From NCBI GenBank assembly GCA_951406725.2, contig OX597836.1, forward strand, positions 48,670,001 to 48,734,000: a DNA stretch of 64,000 nucleotides, given 5' to 3'. The notes beneath the pieces were generated by a model. That model worked only from the letters and a program-made list of their open reading frames with translations, was not told the DNA's origin and ran no database searches. Positions 12,400 to 24,719 of this stretch are shown here, one piece after another. A program made the translations under genes and the position numbers. Source of the DNA: Octopus vulgaris (lineage: Eukaryota). How positions within the stretch are numbered: position 1 is the first letter of the stretch; each line of letters begins with the position of its first letter.

Positions 12400-12645
12400 T
12401 GCTGTGGTTTGTTGTGATGCTCTTATTTTTACTGTATTGAAAGTGTTTTACATAGGATGTCTGCAGTGACTAGTGGTGCTATTTTCTGTGTTATATATAC
12501 TTGTTAGTCCTGCTGTTTTTGTTATGTATTTTTATCATACCCAATGCACCTACTATGATAGGAATTGTTTCTGGTTTTAGACTCCACATTCGATTTAATT
12601 CCATTTCCAGGTCTTTGTATTTTGAAAGTTTCTCCATTTCTTTTA
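12400..12645 (-). mobile_element. 3' fragment of an RLE-type (R4/Dong-like) non-LTR retrotransposon
   Basis: KEMEKLSKYKDLEMELNRMWSLKPETIPIIVGALGMIK, typical of the RLE C-terminus (K..KY motif). Confidence 0.7.
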
Positions 12646-13068
12646 TTGCCTCCACCTTAGCAAAGGTGGAGGTTTTGTTTTCAGTCATGTTTGTTTGTTT
12701 GTTTGTCCATGGATAAGATATCTCAGGAACAACTGGATGGATTCGGATGAGACTTTCAGGGATGTTTGGCCTTGAACTGACTATAATTGTTTCTTGAACC
12801 CTAGATCCACCCTGATTCATCAAATCTATGACCAAATACATTCCATCATTTTAAGAGTATTAAGGATTACATTATTTAATATATCCTTCTCCCTTTTTTG
12901 GGGGGGCTGTTTCTGTGATGCTGATGGCAAATGATGATCATGTGCTCCATCAATATTCATCCATGCTTTCCTTTCTGATTCTGAGAAATCTAAGTTTTCC
13001 AAACCATTTCTAAACCTCTTTTTTTTTAAATACTAACCTTATTTTCGTTTATATTTTCATCACTGTAG

Positions 13069-13242
13069 CAACAAAGTTCCTATCAAGACCTTTTTTTACC
13101 TGCCTCACACCCTTCCTACAAGAGGATCATTAGAATTCTAGAAAATCTGGTGCGCAGCAATCACAATGTTTTCAAAATGAAAGATCGAAAATGGAAAGTT
13201 GCCATTATCAGTTCTGTGGATTCTAATGCCTTTGTTCTCCCG
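13069..13242 (+). CDS. OMA1: OMA1 exon 3
   Basis: Acceptor ctgtag|. QQSSYQDLFLPASHPSYKRII...WKVAIISSVDSNAFVLP (M48 NAF motif). Donor CCG|GTAAGT. 174 nt, phase 0. Confidence 0.93.
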
Positions 13243-13469
13243 GTAAGTGAACCAAGACTAGAACATTCTCAAGCTTTTACACTGAGCTTTGCTAAACCTC
13301 AAATATCACTCAGTTTTTTTTTTATTTACTGAACCTCAGTACAAGAGGTTTTAACTGTAAACTTATCTGTAAAGATGGTATCAGTCTTCATATTCCATAC
13401 TTAATGGTAGCACTCCGTAATGGCTGCTTGACTATTTTTAATATAAACTCTGCTGTACCATGAATATAT

Positions 13470-13632
13470 TCTCTCCTTGTTTCTTTTCTGTGTATCTTTC
13501 TGTTGAAGAGCGTAGGCTCGAAACATAAAAGACTTGTTTTATTTATATTCCTGAGCGCCATACTAATACAATTGTTTGTTTGTACTCCACCTGCCTTCGT
13601 CTTTTGTTTATTTTCATAAAGCTTCCCGTTAT
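13470..13632 (+). repeat. Penelope-like terminal repeat with hammerhead-like motif (CUGUUGA variant)
   Basis: tcttt-CTGTTGA-a-gagc-gtag-gctc-GAAA-cata-aaaga. Near-identical copy at 58215-58375; reverse copies at 43640-43790 and 31617-31710 (truncated). Confidence 0.6.
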
Positions 13633-14120
13633 ATATATATATATGTGTGTGTGTGTTAAAGGAAAAAGAAAATGGAGAAAAAATGGATGTATGAATAATT
13701 CATTTGTATGTTATAAAGAAATGAAAGTTTCTTTTAAAAAACATAACTACAAATAAATTGATTACAAGTTGTAAAGCTCAAAAAGTTAAAAGAAAGGAAC
13801 CTACATATATGTTTTAGTTCTATCACCTAGTTGACTTTTTTCAAGCTTTGCAATTTGTAATCAATTTATTTGTAGTTATGTTTCATCATTTTATAACATA
13901 CAAATAGATTATTCATAAATCCATTTTCTTTTTCCTTCAATATTGATAATATATAATTTCAATATTCCCTAACATTGACTTTTGCATTATACAATAGAGA
14001 TTAACCAGTGGAATATGATTATATAATCCCTAATGAGGATATAATTTCCTCGAATTAACTATTTATATATATATATCTCAAAAGCTTATAAGGTTGGTTT
14101 CCTGGATTCTGTAGTGTATA

Positions 14121-14124
<4 letters not shown>

Positions 14125-14153
<29 letters not shown>

Positions 14154-14645
14154 AATTATTGTATACAGTGCTCAGGTGCACCACAACTTGTCAAAAGTGC
14201 GTATAAAGCATATGCAGTAATGTACAAATGTCTGGGAAGCGAACAGTGTATGAGTCAGATACATGCTTGCGTGTGTATGGAGGGGAGAAAATCAGGTGTA
14301 GTGTTGGCGAATCTCAGAAAGCATGGAAGTTTTGAAGGATGCAGTGCTCTGACAGCCCACAACTGATGCCGGCAGTTTGTTCCATGCTTCAGCAACTCTT
14401 GGAGTGAAAAAATGTTTCCTAAAGTCATGGGAGCTGTGCTGTTTTCTGACTTTGTAAACATGTCCATGGGTGTTAGACAGGTGGAGTTTGAAAAGGTGCT
14501 CAGAGTTATTGTTTGTAAGATGGTTAATAATCTTATGGGTGTCTGCCAAGTCAGCTGCCAGACGTCGGAGTTTCAATGTGTCCATGTCCAGGGAAGTAAG
14601 GCGTTCAGAATATGGCAAATGCCTGATGGAGGCTATTCTTTTGCA
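14125..14645 (-). mobile_element. CR1-clade LINE 3' fragment with (ATT)n tail
   Basis: LPYSERLTSLDMDTLKLRRLAADL...THGHVYKV...FRKHFFTPRVAEAWNKLP...FKT is a CR1 ORF2 C-terminus, followed by a 3' UTR and triplet tail. Confidence 0.85.
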
Positions 14646-15685
14646 TCTATTTCCTGCCTGGATGGTACACTGGTCTGTCACAGGAATCACTCATCTTTGC
14701 CAGCAGAGTGGACTTGAGCAATATAAAAATGAAGTGTTTTGCTCAAGAATACAACACTTCACCCACTCCAAGAATCAAAGCACAATTTTATGATCGTGAG
14801 TGTAACACCCCAACCACTAAGCTATGTACCTCCACACTCACTTGTATATTATATTGATCTATCAATGCATGCATGCATGTATGTAATGTGGTATAGGAGG
14901 ACAAGAGAGGAACATTTAGAAAACAGGAAAAAACAAACCATGGATGTAGACACATTCAACCCCTCATCAGTTATGGACCAAAAACCATCACAATTTTGAC
15001 ACTTTATCAATAATGTTGTTCTATTTGGCAACAACATGAAATAAAGAGCAAACAGGAAAGATAAGAATGATAAATATGATAATTACACCAAAAAATGAGG
15101 TCTCTAGACCAAATGGTAAAGAGAATAAACCATGAGGAGAATGGGGAAATATACGAATTGAAAAAGCAAGAACAGTAATGAGAAATAAAAAATATAATAA
15201 ACAGCATAAATATTTCTATATTTAGAAAGCCTTTTGGTTATTCAACAGAATTAAGATAAGTTATGTGTAAAAGTAATGCTTATTGGAAAGAACATGGTCC
15301 TTTCAGACTTGAAGAAATAGATGTAGAAAAAAAGGTAAAAGAAATTGAATGCATGCAAAACATGAGCTGGAAGTAAATTGCAAATCTTAGACAGGAGTTG
15401 GAAAAGGAAACAAAAAAGCCAAGTGACTGACCAACAGAATGGCCAAAGTGAAAGAAGAATGGATAATTGTAGAGACAAGATGGTCACTTGGTATCTTTTT
15501 AGGAAAGGAGAGAAGAGAAGGATGATAATGGGTTGTGAGAAAGCGAGAGAGTAAGAGACAGACGCAGAAGGGATCAGACATGTATCTTCTAAATTATTCA
15601 CCAAACACATCTCAGAAATGTCCATCTACGTATGTTGATAGGATTTACTTTGATTTATAAACTGTGTGTTGTTATTGTTTTTCAG

Positions 15686-15793
15686 ACAGGCCATGTCTAT
15701 GTCCACGAAGGACTCTTGAACATGGTGGCTAACGATGACCAACTGGCTGTTATTCTGGCCCATGAATTGGCCCATGTTGTTCTGGGACATTCA
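15686..15793 (+). CDS. OMA1: OMA1 exon 4 (catalytic HExxH)
   Basis: TGHVYVHEGLLNMVANDDQLAVILAHELAHVVLGHS; ttcag| acceptor and |GTAAGT donor; 108 nt. Confidence 0.96.
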
Positions 15794-17679
15794 GTAAGTT
15801 TCTCTATTTTGGCAACTGACCACCACTGCTAACATCTTCTCGCTCCCCTCTGTCTTCATCAAGCAGTGTCCAGTAAACACCAACATACATTTGCTTTTAT
15901 TCAAAGACTTCCTTTACCTCTCATACATTCCTTTTAATAACAACCATCAACAGCCCAGCTTCTCTCTAACTTAACATCAAATGGCATCCATTATGAATTA
16001 TCATGAATTACGTACACTACCAAATCCACCCGTCTACGATGGAGGCATGAAATGAGGGAGGGAAGTCATAACAGCAGTAATTACTGAGAAATGTGTAAAT
16101 GGACTTTGATAGATTACTGGGTGATGTCTGAGAAGAATCACATTACTGTTGGTGATACAGCATTCTGTTGCAGCTATAAGTAACATGTGTTTGTGATGAA
16201 GTGATATGTGATGATGATTCACTCCCGAACTGAAATAGGCTCCCACCCTCTGTATCACGAATGGTTATGTGGACCACTCCTAACAAAAGCCAGACTTTCC
16301 TTCGACCACTACATAAAATTTAAGAAAAAAATGTTATTTAGATATACTTTTATTTTAGTTGTTTACACTATTTTAATGCTTGATTATACTCTTATACATT
16401 CAAAGTTCACAAATTTCCTTATTTAAATTATGAATCATATTCCTTTCGATAATATCAATATGATTACAAAACTTGTAGACGATATTTTCTGTTTGGTCGA
16501 CACTAATTTTCAAATTACTGGAGTCCATTGTTCTACTCTTAGTGACATATAACTGATCGTGTGTAAACATCAGAGTGGATAAAAATACACCTCTACGATC
16601 TAAAGCCTGGTCCTGTGCCTTGTTTGCTGTGAATACGTGAGCGGAATCTTTAGGGTTGCAAAAAACTAAGATTTACCTCTCACTGTTCTATGTGAATAAT
16701 GTTTGGATGTTAACAGGGAACAAAGAGACGGACAGACGGACATAACGCCCATTATAGTAAGATAGCAAATCTGTCCATCTACGATGGGAAATAAAGGGAT
16801 AGTATCACAAATCTAAACCCTTTAGATTCATGATCTATATGGGGAGGGGAATCCAGAGTTAATCCTTGTCACCGGAATTTTAACAAAAAAAAAAAAAAAT
16901 CAAATGTGACTTATTGATACAAAACTCAATATCCAATAAATAATCATATTTTTTCACATTTTTTCCTGATTACCTCCTTCGTAATCCTGAAAAGCATTGT
17001 GACCATTGTCCAGCTGTTTGACCATGAAAAGGGAACAGACAAATGGACATAACGCTCATTATAGCAAGGTTACAGGTAAGGGTGAGTGTCAGGAAGAGCA
17101 TCTGGTTGTGAAACAATGCCTTCATAATATATTCATCTTACCTGTGCAGGTATGAATAGAAACCAGACATAAAAGGAACAAATAAACATTGAACCCACCT
17201 GAATGCTGTACCAGTTGACCCCCGATAATTCCTTGTCGTATCATCATGATTCTTTGTTCATTCCAATTATCTTTTAATCTTAACCCTTTTTGTACACATA
17301 TTAAACTTTCTCCTCTTTCTATCTTACTTCCATTTTATCCCAGAAGTTAATTTCCTGATATTTGCTTTTAACTACTCTTATATTTAAATTAGGTTTAACA
17401 CTGTTGATTCAATGAAATCCTGCTAGCCTGACCCTTAAATTTACTCATAACCACCTGAGAGGTGAGTCTGTTGACATAGGGTTACCTTTAAATTATTCTT
17501 ACCCTAATTTCTAAAGTGAAAACTATGAATGTATTTATCATCAATTACTGTTACCCATTCCTTATAACCCCCATAGATATAAATCAATGCAAGTATTTGC
17601 CTCAACTTATATCAACGACAAGGGTAAAACTATTGATGCAGGCATCTCTTGCTAGCTTTATGCCTAACTTCATTCCTTC

Positions 17680-18359
17680 AGGTTCTGAGTTCAAATTCAA
17701 CCAAGGTTGACTCTGTCTTTTATCCTTTCGGGGTCAATGAATTAAGTACTAGTTGAGTTCTGGGGTTGATGTAATCAATTTATCTCCTGCCCCCCAAATT
17801 GCTGGCCTTGTGCCAAAATTTGAAACTATTCATCATCATCATCATCATTTAGCATCTGTTTTCCATGCTGGCATGGGTTGGACGGTTAAACTGGGGTCTA
17901 GGAAGCCAGGAGGCTGCACCAGGCTCCAATCTGATCTGGCAGTGTTTCTACAGCTGGATGACCTTCCTAATGCCAACCACTCCATGAATGTAGAGGGGAT
18001 TTTTTATGTGCCACCAGCAAAGGGGCCAGGGGGGGCTGGCATTGACCACGTTTTGATGGTGCTTTTTGCATGCCACTGGCACAGGGAGCCAGACAGGGAG
18101 CTGTTTATTATTATTATCATTATTATTATTATTATTTAAGGTGGCAAGCTGGTAGAATTGTTGGCAGGATGGATGAAATACTTAGTGGTATTTTGCCTGT
18201 CGTTATGTTCTGAGTTCAAATTTTGCTGAGATCAACTTTGCCTTTCCTCCTTTTAGGGTCAGTACCAGTTGAACACTGATGGGTCGGGAGAGCGATGTAA
18301 TCGACTTCCCTCCCTTAAAATTGCTGCCCTTGTGGCAAAATTTGAAACCATTATTATCA

Positions 18360-18405
<46 letters not shown>

Positions 18406-18665
18406 GATTATTGTTGTTGTTGTTGTTGTTGTTGTTATTTATTATTATTTAGTTGGCCAAATCATTAGCATATCCGACCAAATGTTTGGCAGCATTTCTT
18501 CCGACTTTACGTTCTGAGTTCAAATTCTGCCAAAGGTTGACTTTGTGGTTCATCCTTTCGGGGTTGATAAAACAAGTACCGTTTATGAACTGGGATCAAT
18601 ATAACCATCTAGCCCATTCCCTCCCCCTCCAAATTCCAGGCCTTGTGCTCATAGTGGAAAGGAAT
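17680..18665 (+). mobile_element. Cluster of three family A SINEs with (ATT/ATC)n linkers plus a reverse retroposon tail (17845-18100)
   Basis: ttctgagttcaaatt...cctttcggggt cores near 17685, 18210 and 18515. Confidence 0.7.
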
Positions 18666-18699
18666 ATTTACTTTTCCTTCCTTTTTTCCAATTCCACAG

Positions 18700-18828
18700 G
18701 CAGAGAAAGTGAGTTACGCTCAGATCATCGATATCTTTGTCATTATTGTAATGGCAGCAATTTGGACATTCTTACCATTTGATGGCATCGCCCTTGTGAC
18801 ACAGGCATTTTACGAGAAAGTGGTTCAG
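18700..18828 (+). CDS. OMA1: OMA1 exon 5
   Basis: AEKVSYAQIIDIFVIIVMAAIWTFLPFDGIALVTQAFYEKVVQ; cacag| acceptor and CAG|GTAAGC donor; 129 nt. Confidence 0.92.
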
Positions 18829-19326
18829 GTAAGCGGTTCAGGTTGTTTAACTAAGTTTCTCATAAAATATGCAGTGTCCATGTTTTGTTTTTTTATTTAA
18901 TTTTTTAAAAAATAATTAAAAATTTGAAGAGATTTAGTGTAATAATTAACTTGTCCATCATTAAACTGGTGTTTGAAACATAACTTAACGAATAATCAAT
19001 TATATAATTAAATAATGATGAAAATTAAGAAGTAAAATTTAATTAAGATTTCATTGTGAATCCTTTAAAAAGGTCAGTTTTGCATGATAGGAACCAGTTC
19101 CAGAGGCAGTTTTGGCCAGGCTGGTTTCAAATGGATCAACTCTCTTTTTTCACGAGGGACAGGTGTTGTAGTCTTAACCACACAGTCGTACTGGCATCCA
19201 TACAAGTATTTCAAGTCTTTCTCTCTCTCCCTCTCTCCTATATTCTTCTTCTCTGTCTGTTCCTCCCTTCTTCTCTCTCTCCCTCTCTCTCTCTCTACTG
19301 TGTCTTCTTCTTCTCTTTCATTGCAG

Positions 19327-19401
19327 ATTCTCCTTGATTTACCCTACAGCAGGAAATTAGAGACTGAAGCTGATGTTGTTGGCCTCAAATTGGCTGCAAA
19401 G
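19327..19401 (+). CDS. OMA1: OMA1 exon 6
   Basis: ILLDLPYSRKLETEADVVGLKLAAK (M48 third Zn ligand ExEAD); tgcag| acceptor and AAG|GTTTGT donor. Confidence 0.94.
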
Positions 19402-19439
19402 GTTTGTATTGGAATGTCTTAGTGTAAATCCACCACGCA

Positions 19440-19498
<59 letters not shown>

Positions 19499-20156
19499 TG
19501 TGTGTCTTTGTGCTTGTCCAAGCATTGTTTGATAACCAGTGTAGGTCTGTTTATGTCCCCGTAACTTTACAGTTTGGTAAATGAGACCAAAAGCATGAGT
19601 GGCCAGACTTAAAAATGAAAAAGAGGAACTGGAGTTGATGTGTCCTTCAAGGCAATGCCCCAGTGTGGCCACAGTCCTACAAGTGAAACATGCTAAAGAA
19701 TAAAAGAATAGCATGTGTTAGGGAAGGGCATCCAGCCGTAAAAACCCTGCTGAAACAGAGAGTGAAGCCTGGTGCAGTCTTCTGCGTAGCCAACTTCATG
19801 TCAGACTGTCCAACCCATGCCAGCATGCAAAGCAGATGTTAAATGATGTTGATGATGATGATGATGATGTACCTCCTTTTAAGCTGTCTCTCATAAATAT
19901 GAAAGATTGTTATTAAAATCGAATTTGCTGTTTGCTTACCTTTCCATATGCCAGGCCTGAATTGCATGTCTTGTATTGAGGGTGGAAATGTTACCGGGTG
20001 GCAGCCATGGGGACTGGAAGTTTGGTCAGCCAAGAAAAGGCTGTCAAAGATGACTGGACCCTGACGGTGTTGGGGTTGTTATTTTCTATTTAATAATGCC
20101 TATTGGTGTCTCTTTATTCTGGCCACACTTACCTTCTCTTTCACTTACCTGTACAG

Positions 20157-20303
20157 GCCTGTTACGATATCAGGGAAGGAAGCAATTTCTGGAAGCATAT
20201 GGAAATAAACGACAAGCTGAATCAAGTGACCTCACCCCAGTGGTTGTCCACTCATCCCCTCCACTCGCAGCGGAGTCAGCTGATTGACCACTTGGTCCCA
20301 AAG
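20157..20303 (+). CDS. OMA1: OMA1 exon 7
   Basis: ACYDIREGSNFWKHM...WLSTHP...LVPK; tacag| acceptor and AAG|GTAAGT donor. Confidence 0.94.
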
Positions 20304-20324
20304 GTAAGTATACAAAAAACGGGA

Positions 20325-20607
20325 TTATTTACACATGTGACGGATATTTGTCCTCATCTTGTTTCGGCTGATAAACCCTCCAGCCTTCATCAGGTGTCTT
20401 GGGGAAATTTTGAACCTAGGTTCTCATCCCTAAAGTATTTGCTGCTGTTGTTGTTTTTGTTGTTTTTGTTGCTGCTGCTGCTGTTCTCCTCCTCCTCCTC
20501 CTCCTCCTCCTTCTTCTTCTTCTTCTTCTTCTTCTTCTTCTTCTTCTTCTTCTTCTTCTTCTTCTTCAGGTCACTGCCTGGGATCGAACTCGGAATCTTG
20601 GAGTTAG
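20325..20607 (-). mobile_element. Second, 5'-truncated copy of the tRNA-head/hammerhead-tail element
   Basis: Same B box (gagttcgatccc), caggcagtgacct junction and ccccaagacacctgatgaaggctgg...cagccgaaac tail. The spacer here is (GAA/GAG/CAA)n. Confidence 0.7.
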
Positions 20608-22173
20608 TAGAAGAAATGAGATGTACTGGAGAGGGGAGGGGAGAGAGGAAAAATCCAGGGAGAAGAACTCGAAGAAGGAAATGATTCAAACCATTCCACA
20701 GACATTCCACAGTTCTTCCCTTCTCTGAGGCTTTATGTGAATTCTATAGAAGAATTTATGTGTCCAACTCTTAGCCTCAGTCAGCATGGCTGCTTACAGG
20801 CCTCTCCAGCTGAGTGGCATGACAAAGCATGTCCGACTGGCCAAGCTGTAGCCACAGGAATGTTATCTTGTGAACAAAGATTTCCTCTTTAGGGGCAGGT
20901 TCAATTCCCCTGTGTGGCACCTTGGGCCAGTGTCTCTATCATAGCCTGAAGCCAATCAAAACCTTGTGAATGAATTTGGTGGATGGAAACTGAAAGAAGC
21001 CTGTTTAAGTGTGTGTGTCCTCCATCACTGCTTGACAACTGGAGTTGGTTTGTTTATGTCCCCTCAACTCTGTGGTTTGACAGTAAGTGACTGATAGAAC
21101 AAGTAACTGGGTCTAAAAACCAATAAGTCCTGGGGTTGATTTGTTCAACTCAACCCTTGAAAGCCATGCTCCAGCATGGCCGCATTCCAATGACCGAAAC
21201 AAGTAAAAAAGATAAAAGAAATCTGTTGATGATTTGTTCCTTCGATAGAAATTCTTGAGACAAGAAACTTGGAGCAGCATCGACACGATTTGTCAGCTTT
21301 GAAGGAATTCATAAACTCAATGACATGTATTGAGTCCTTTTTTTACACCGTTTCTACACATAACCGTGTGTGTGTATGTTTGTACGTACGTATGTGTGTA
21401 CATGTATGTGTTTATATTTACGTCCTGGCTATGACTTTAAACAGTGTTGGGTGATGAGGCTCCCATTGGGGAGTTCTGGGATTGTGGGGTGATGAAATCA
21501 CCCCTTAATTACCATCACCTGTCAGGTTGCGATCTATGGGTTAAATAAATTTCCCAGAGATATTCGGTTATTTTTGAGAGAAGCCATGGGGAAGGCAGCT
21601 CTTCCATGAGAAAGATATTCGGACATAAAACCTGCAGACAAAATAATAGCCGCCATCTTGCAAGATGTCAGTGGAATCCAATATGGCGACTGAGAGACTG
21701 GCAAAAGTGTTGCTCAAGCTTTTGTCACTTAAATCCAAAGACCTACAGATGTCTCACTATCATTTCTGAATGTGAATTGGCGATCATCTGACAAGATGAG
21801 GCAACCATTATATACGTAGACTCACACACACAGGTATTTAGATCTGCATGTATAAGTGTGCTGGTGTATGTTGCATCCTCCTCATCACTTTGAAGTCTAC
21901 TTTTCCCACGTTTGTGTGCACCTGATGAAAATGCATTTCAGGCAGAGTTTTCTAAGACCAGAAACCCTTTCTGACCCCAGCTTCAATTTGTTTCGAAACG
22001 AAGGAATGATCTTCCAGTCTGTGAAATATTGCTGCACAAAATACAACACTGGCATCCATGCAAGCTTTCAAAAAAAAAAAAGGAATAAAAGTGTCAAAAC
22101 ATTTAAAATTAAAAGTGATATCATTTCAATGTTTCAATTGTTTATGATTGTCTTTGACTTTTTTTTTTTAAAG

Positions 22174-22332
22174 GCTATAGAAGTGCGTGACCAATGTGGA
22201 TGCCCACCTTTGCCCAGCGTCGATCCAAGAGAGAAGTTTAAGAAGTTTGAGGAAGCAATGGAAAATATTATAAGAAGCCAACAAACTGGACAGAATTTGC
22301 AACAAATCAAAGTTTTACAATTTTTACAATAA
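22174..22332 (+). CDS. OMA1: OMA1 exon 8 (terminal)
   Basis: AIEVRDQCGCPPLPSVDPR (resembles the metazoan OMA1 CxCPPL..DPR motif), TAA stop. The spliced CDS is 1515 nt = 504 aa. Confidence 0.9.
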   Translation, partial: AIEVRDQCGCPPLPSVDPREKFKKFEEAMENIIRSQQTGQNLQQIKVLQFLQ

Positions 22333-23721
22333 AGTATATTTTTATGAAATTTTGTTGTTGTTGCTATGGTTGATGAATTTCAAATGACTTTCCCTTGCAT
22401 TGCCTGGGTATCAAACCTGAGACTACAGCTCAGACAAGAGTTTTTTTTAACTTGTCGAGTGTGGAGGAAGGGACATAACTCTTGCAGGTCGTCCCGGACT
22501 GGTGAGGTCGATGTGGTTCTGGGGATCGAAACAACCGTGGCCAGTTACCAACAGCTTTAGGAAAGACATGAATAGGGGGGAGATTCAAGTGGGACAGTGT
22601 TCCAGGGAAGCAAGGACTGGATATAGTGTTTAGCGTGGGGCTGAGGGGGTTGGAAGAACTAAGAGGGGTAAGGGATGGGATGATGAGTGGGGTGGGGGGT
22701 GCCCGTTTTATGACAAATCGGAACCAGCCAGCTCTGAGGGACAGAGGCCATTATAGTAACAATAGGAGAGGGGGAGGAGAGAGAGAGTAATGTGAATTGA
22801 ATGCCGTGTGGTTACTATTTCTAGCAGAGCCACTGACCACATAAAGTCCCACTCATTGGTTTGGTATAATCGATAGTTTGTTACATGAGCGATGTAATTA
22901 GGGGTAGGAAAGGGAGACATCTTGTCTGTCTGTGCACAAGACTTGAATCTTATGAAATGTGGTGGCAGAAATTTACTGGAATTGAATATGGAAGATGTTC
23001 AGAGATTACAGAGAACAGAAATTAGCTGAGAGAATGGTTTTAAAGGAATCAGTGGCGATATGTAAAGAAAGACGACATTATTGGTCTGGAATTGGGCTGA
23101 GGTCAGTTAATCGTTAACACGGCACATTTACTGCTCTCTTTTCTGTTTCAATCTATTTACTTTGCATGTACTTTTAGCTTTCATTCTGGTCTTTATTTTC
23201 TACTAATTGCACCTTCCTGACCCCTCTTTTATCCTTTTCCGACTTCATTCTATGCTTATGTCAAAAGAAGACACAAATTACTTGAGGTGGAGGCAAACTT
23301 AATGTTTTTAATCCCAAAATGAAATAAGGGAAATAACTGTGTAAATAAATTTTCGAACGTATTTAAGAAGTTGCTTCCCTTGTTACTTTAAAACGCACAA
23401 TAAACTATTTTTACTATTATTTCCATGGAAGACTTTATTGAATCGTGAAGTGTATTTAGTTACAGTAATAATTGTTATTAGATGATAATATTTTATATTT
23501 GAAAATCTAAGGGAGCTTCTTTAACAATAACAAGAACAACAACACCACCAGCAGCGACCAAGCAACAATGGACCAGACTCGATCGGATCATTTCGGTGGC
23601 AACTGGATGATAAGGCTCCCAGAAGACAACTGGGTGATATCTAACGTGGCCAACCAACAGGGCAGCGGAAGGAAGGGGTTAATGGGATGGGGATATAATT
23701 GTTGTAACATGACTCCAGGTT

Positions 23722-24108
23722 AAGGCGGCAGACTGGCAGACACGCCGGGCGAAATGCTTCGCGGTATTTCGTCTGCCGTTACGTTCTGAGTTCAAATTCC
23801 GCCGAGGTTGACTTTACCTTTCATCCTTTCGGGTCGATTAAATAAGTACCAGTTACGCACTTATAATCGACTTAATCCGTTTGTCTGTCCTTGTTTGTCC
23901 TCTCTGTGTTTAGCTCCTTGTGGGCAGTAAAGAAATAGGTATGTTTTCTGCCGTTACGTTCTGAGCTCAAATTCTGCCGGGGTCGACTTCGCCTCTTATC
24001 CTTTCGGGGTCGATAAAATAAGTACCAGTTGAGCACCGGAATCCAGGTAATCGACTTAATCCCCCATCTCCCCGAAAGCGCTGGCTTTGTAGTAAAATTT
24101 GAAATCAA
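23722..24108 (+). mobile_element. SINE family A with internal duplication
   Basis: aaggcggcagactggcaga head; the core is repeated near 23780 and 23955. Confidence 0.8.
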
Positions 24109-24719
24109 TATGACCCGAGGTTAAATTTCTGATGATTTCTCTATGGGAAAAAAAAAAGTTATGGTCAAGGACAGAATAGTCTTTCTATCGAAAATTCATC
24201 CACGGATGACCTGGAGGCTAAACAACAATAATAACAACAATAATTTCCTGCGTTACCAGCCAAACCCCAACGGCCCTGTCCCGGGGTGCCACGTCATATG
24301 CTTGGGAGCTTTCAAATACAACAAACACTCATCGAATTCTTTGGTAATTTTAGGGATGGAAAATGATATTGCAAAAATAATCGAGAAAGAAATTGTTATG
24401 AAAACATTTTGCATACATAAATAAAGTCGAATGAAAATGTTTTAGCTTGTAAAAGACGGGGAAATGTTATAAGTGTGACGGCAATGTATAGACTTATTTT
24501 GGGAACGAGAAGGCGGAAACTTCTATTTGCCCTGGGACAAAGAAAGTAGCGAAGCAGGGCGATGGATGCAACAGTACAGTTATCTGTTGTCGTCTCTTAT
24601 TTAAATATTTACTTTGAAAAAAAAAAAAGAAAAACATTTAAAAATGTAATATCGTTATGCAAAACTGCTTGTTAATCAGAAACACAACAATACCAATAAC
24701 AATAAAACAAAAATGACCT

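Noticed and set aside
14900-15630. Purine-rich coding-like stretch in OMA1 intron 3
   Set aside because: Many stops and no recognisable motif; not needed for OMA1 phase continuity.
22440-22710. Possible Penelope GIY-YIG remnant on minus
   Set aside because: Only vague similarity (a CPFLH-like word); insufficient support.
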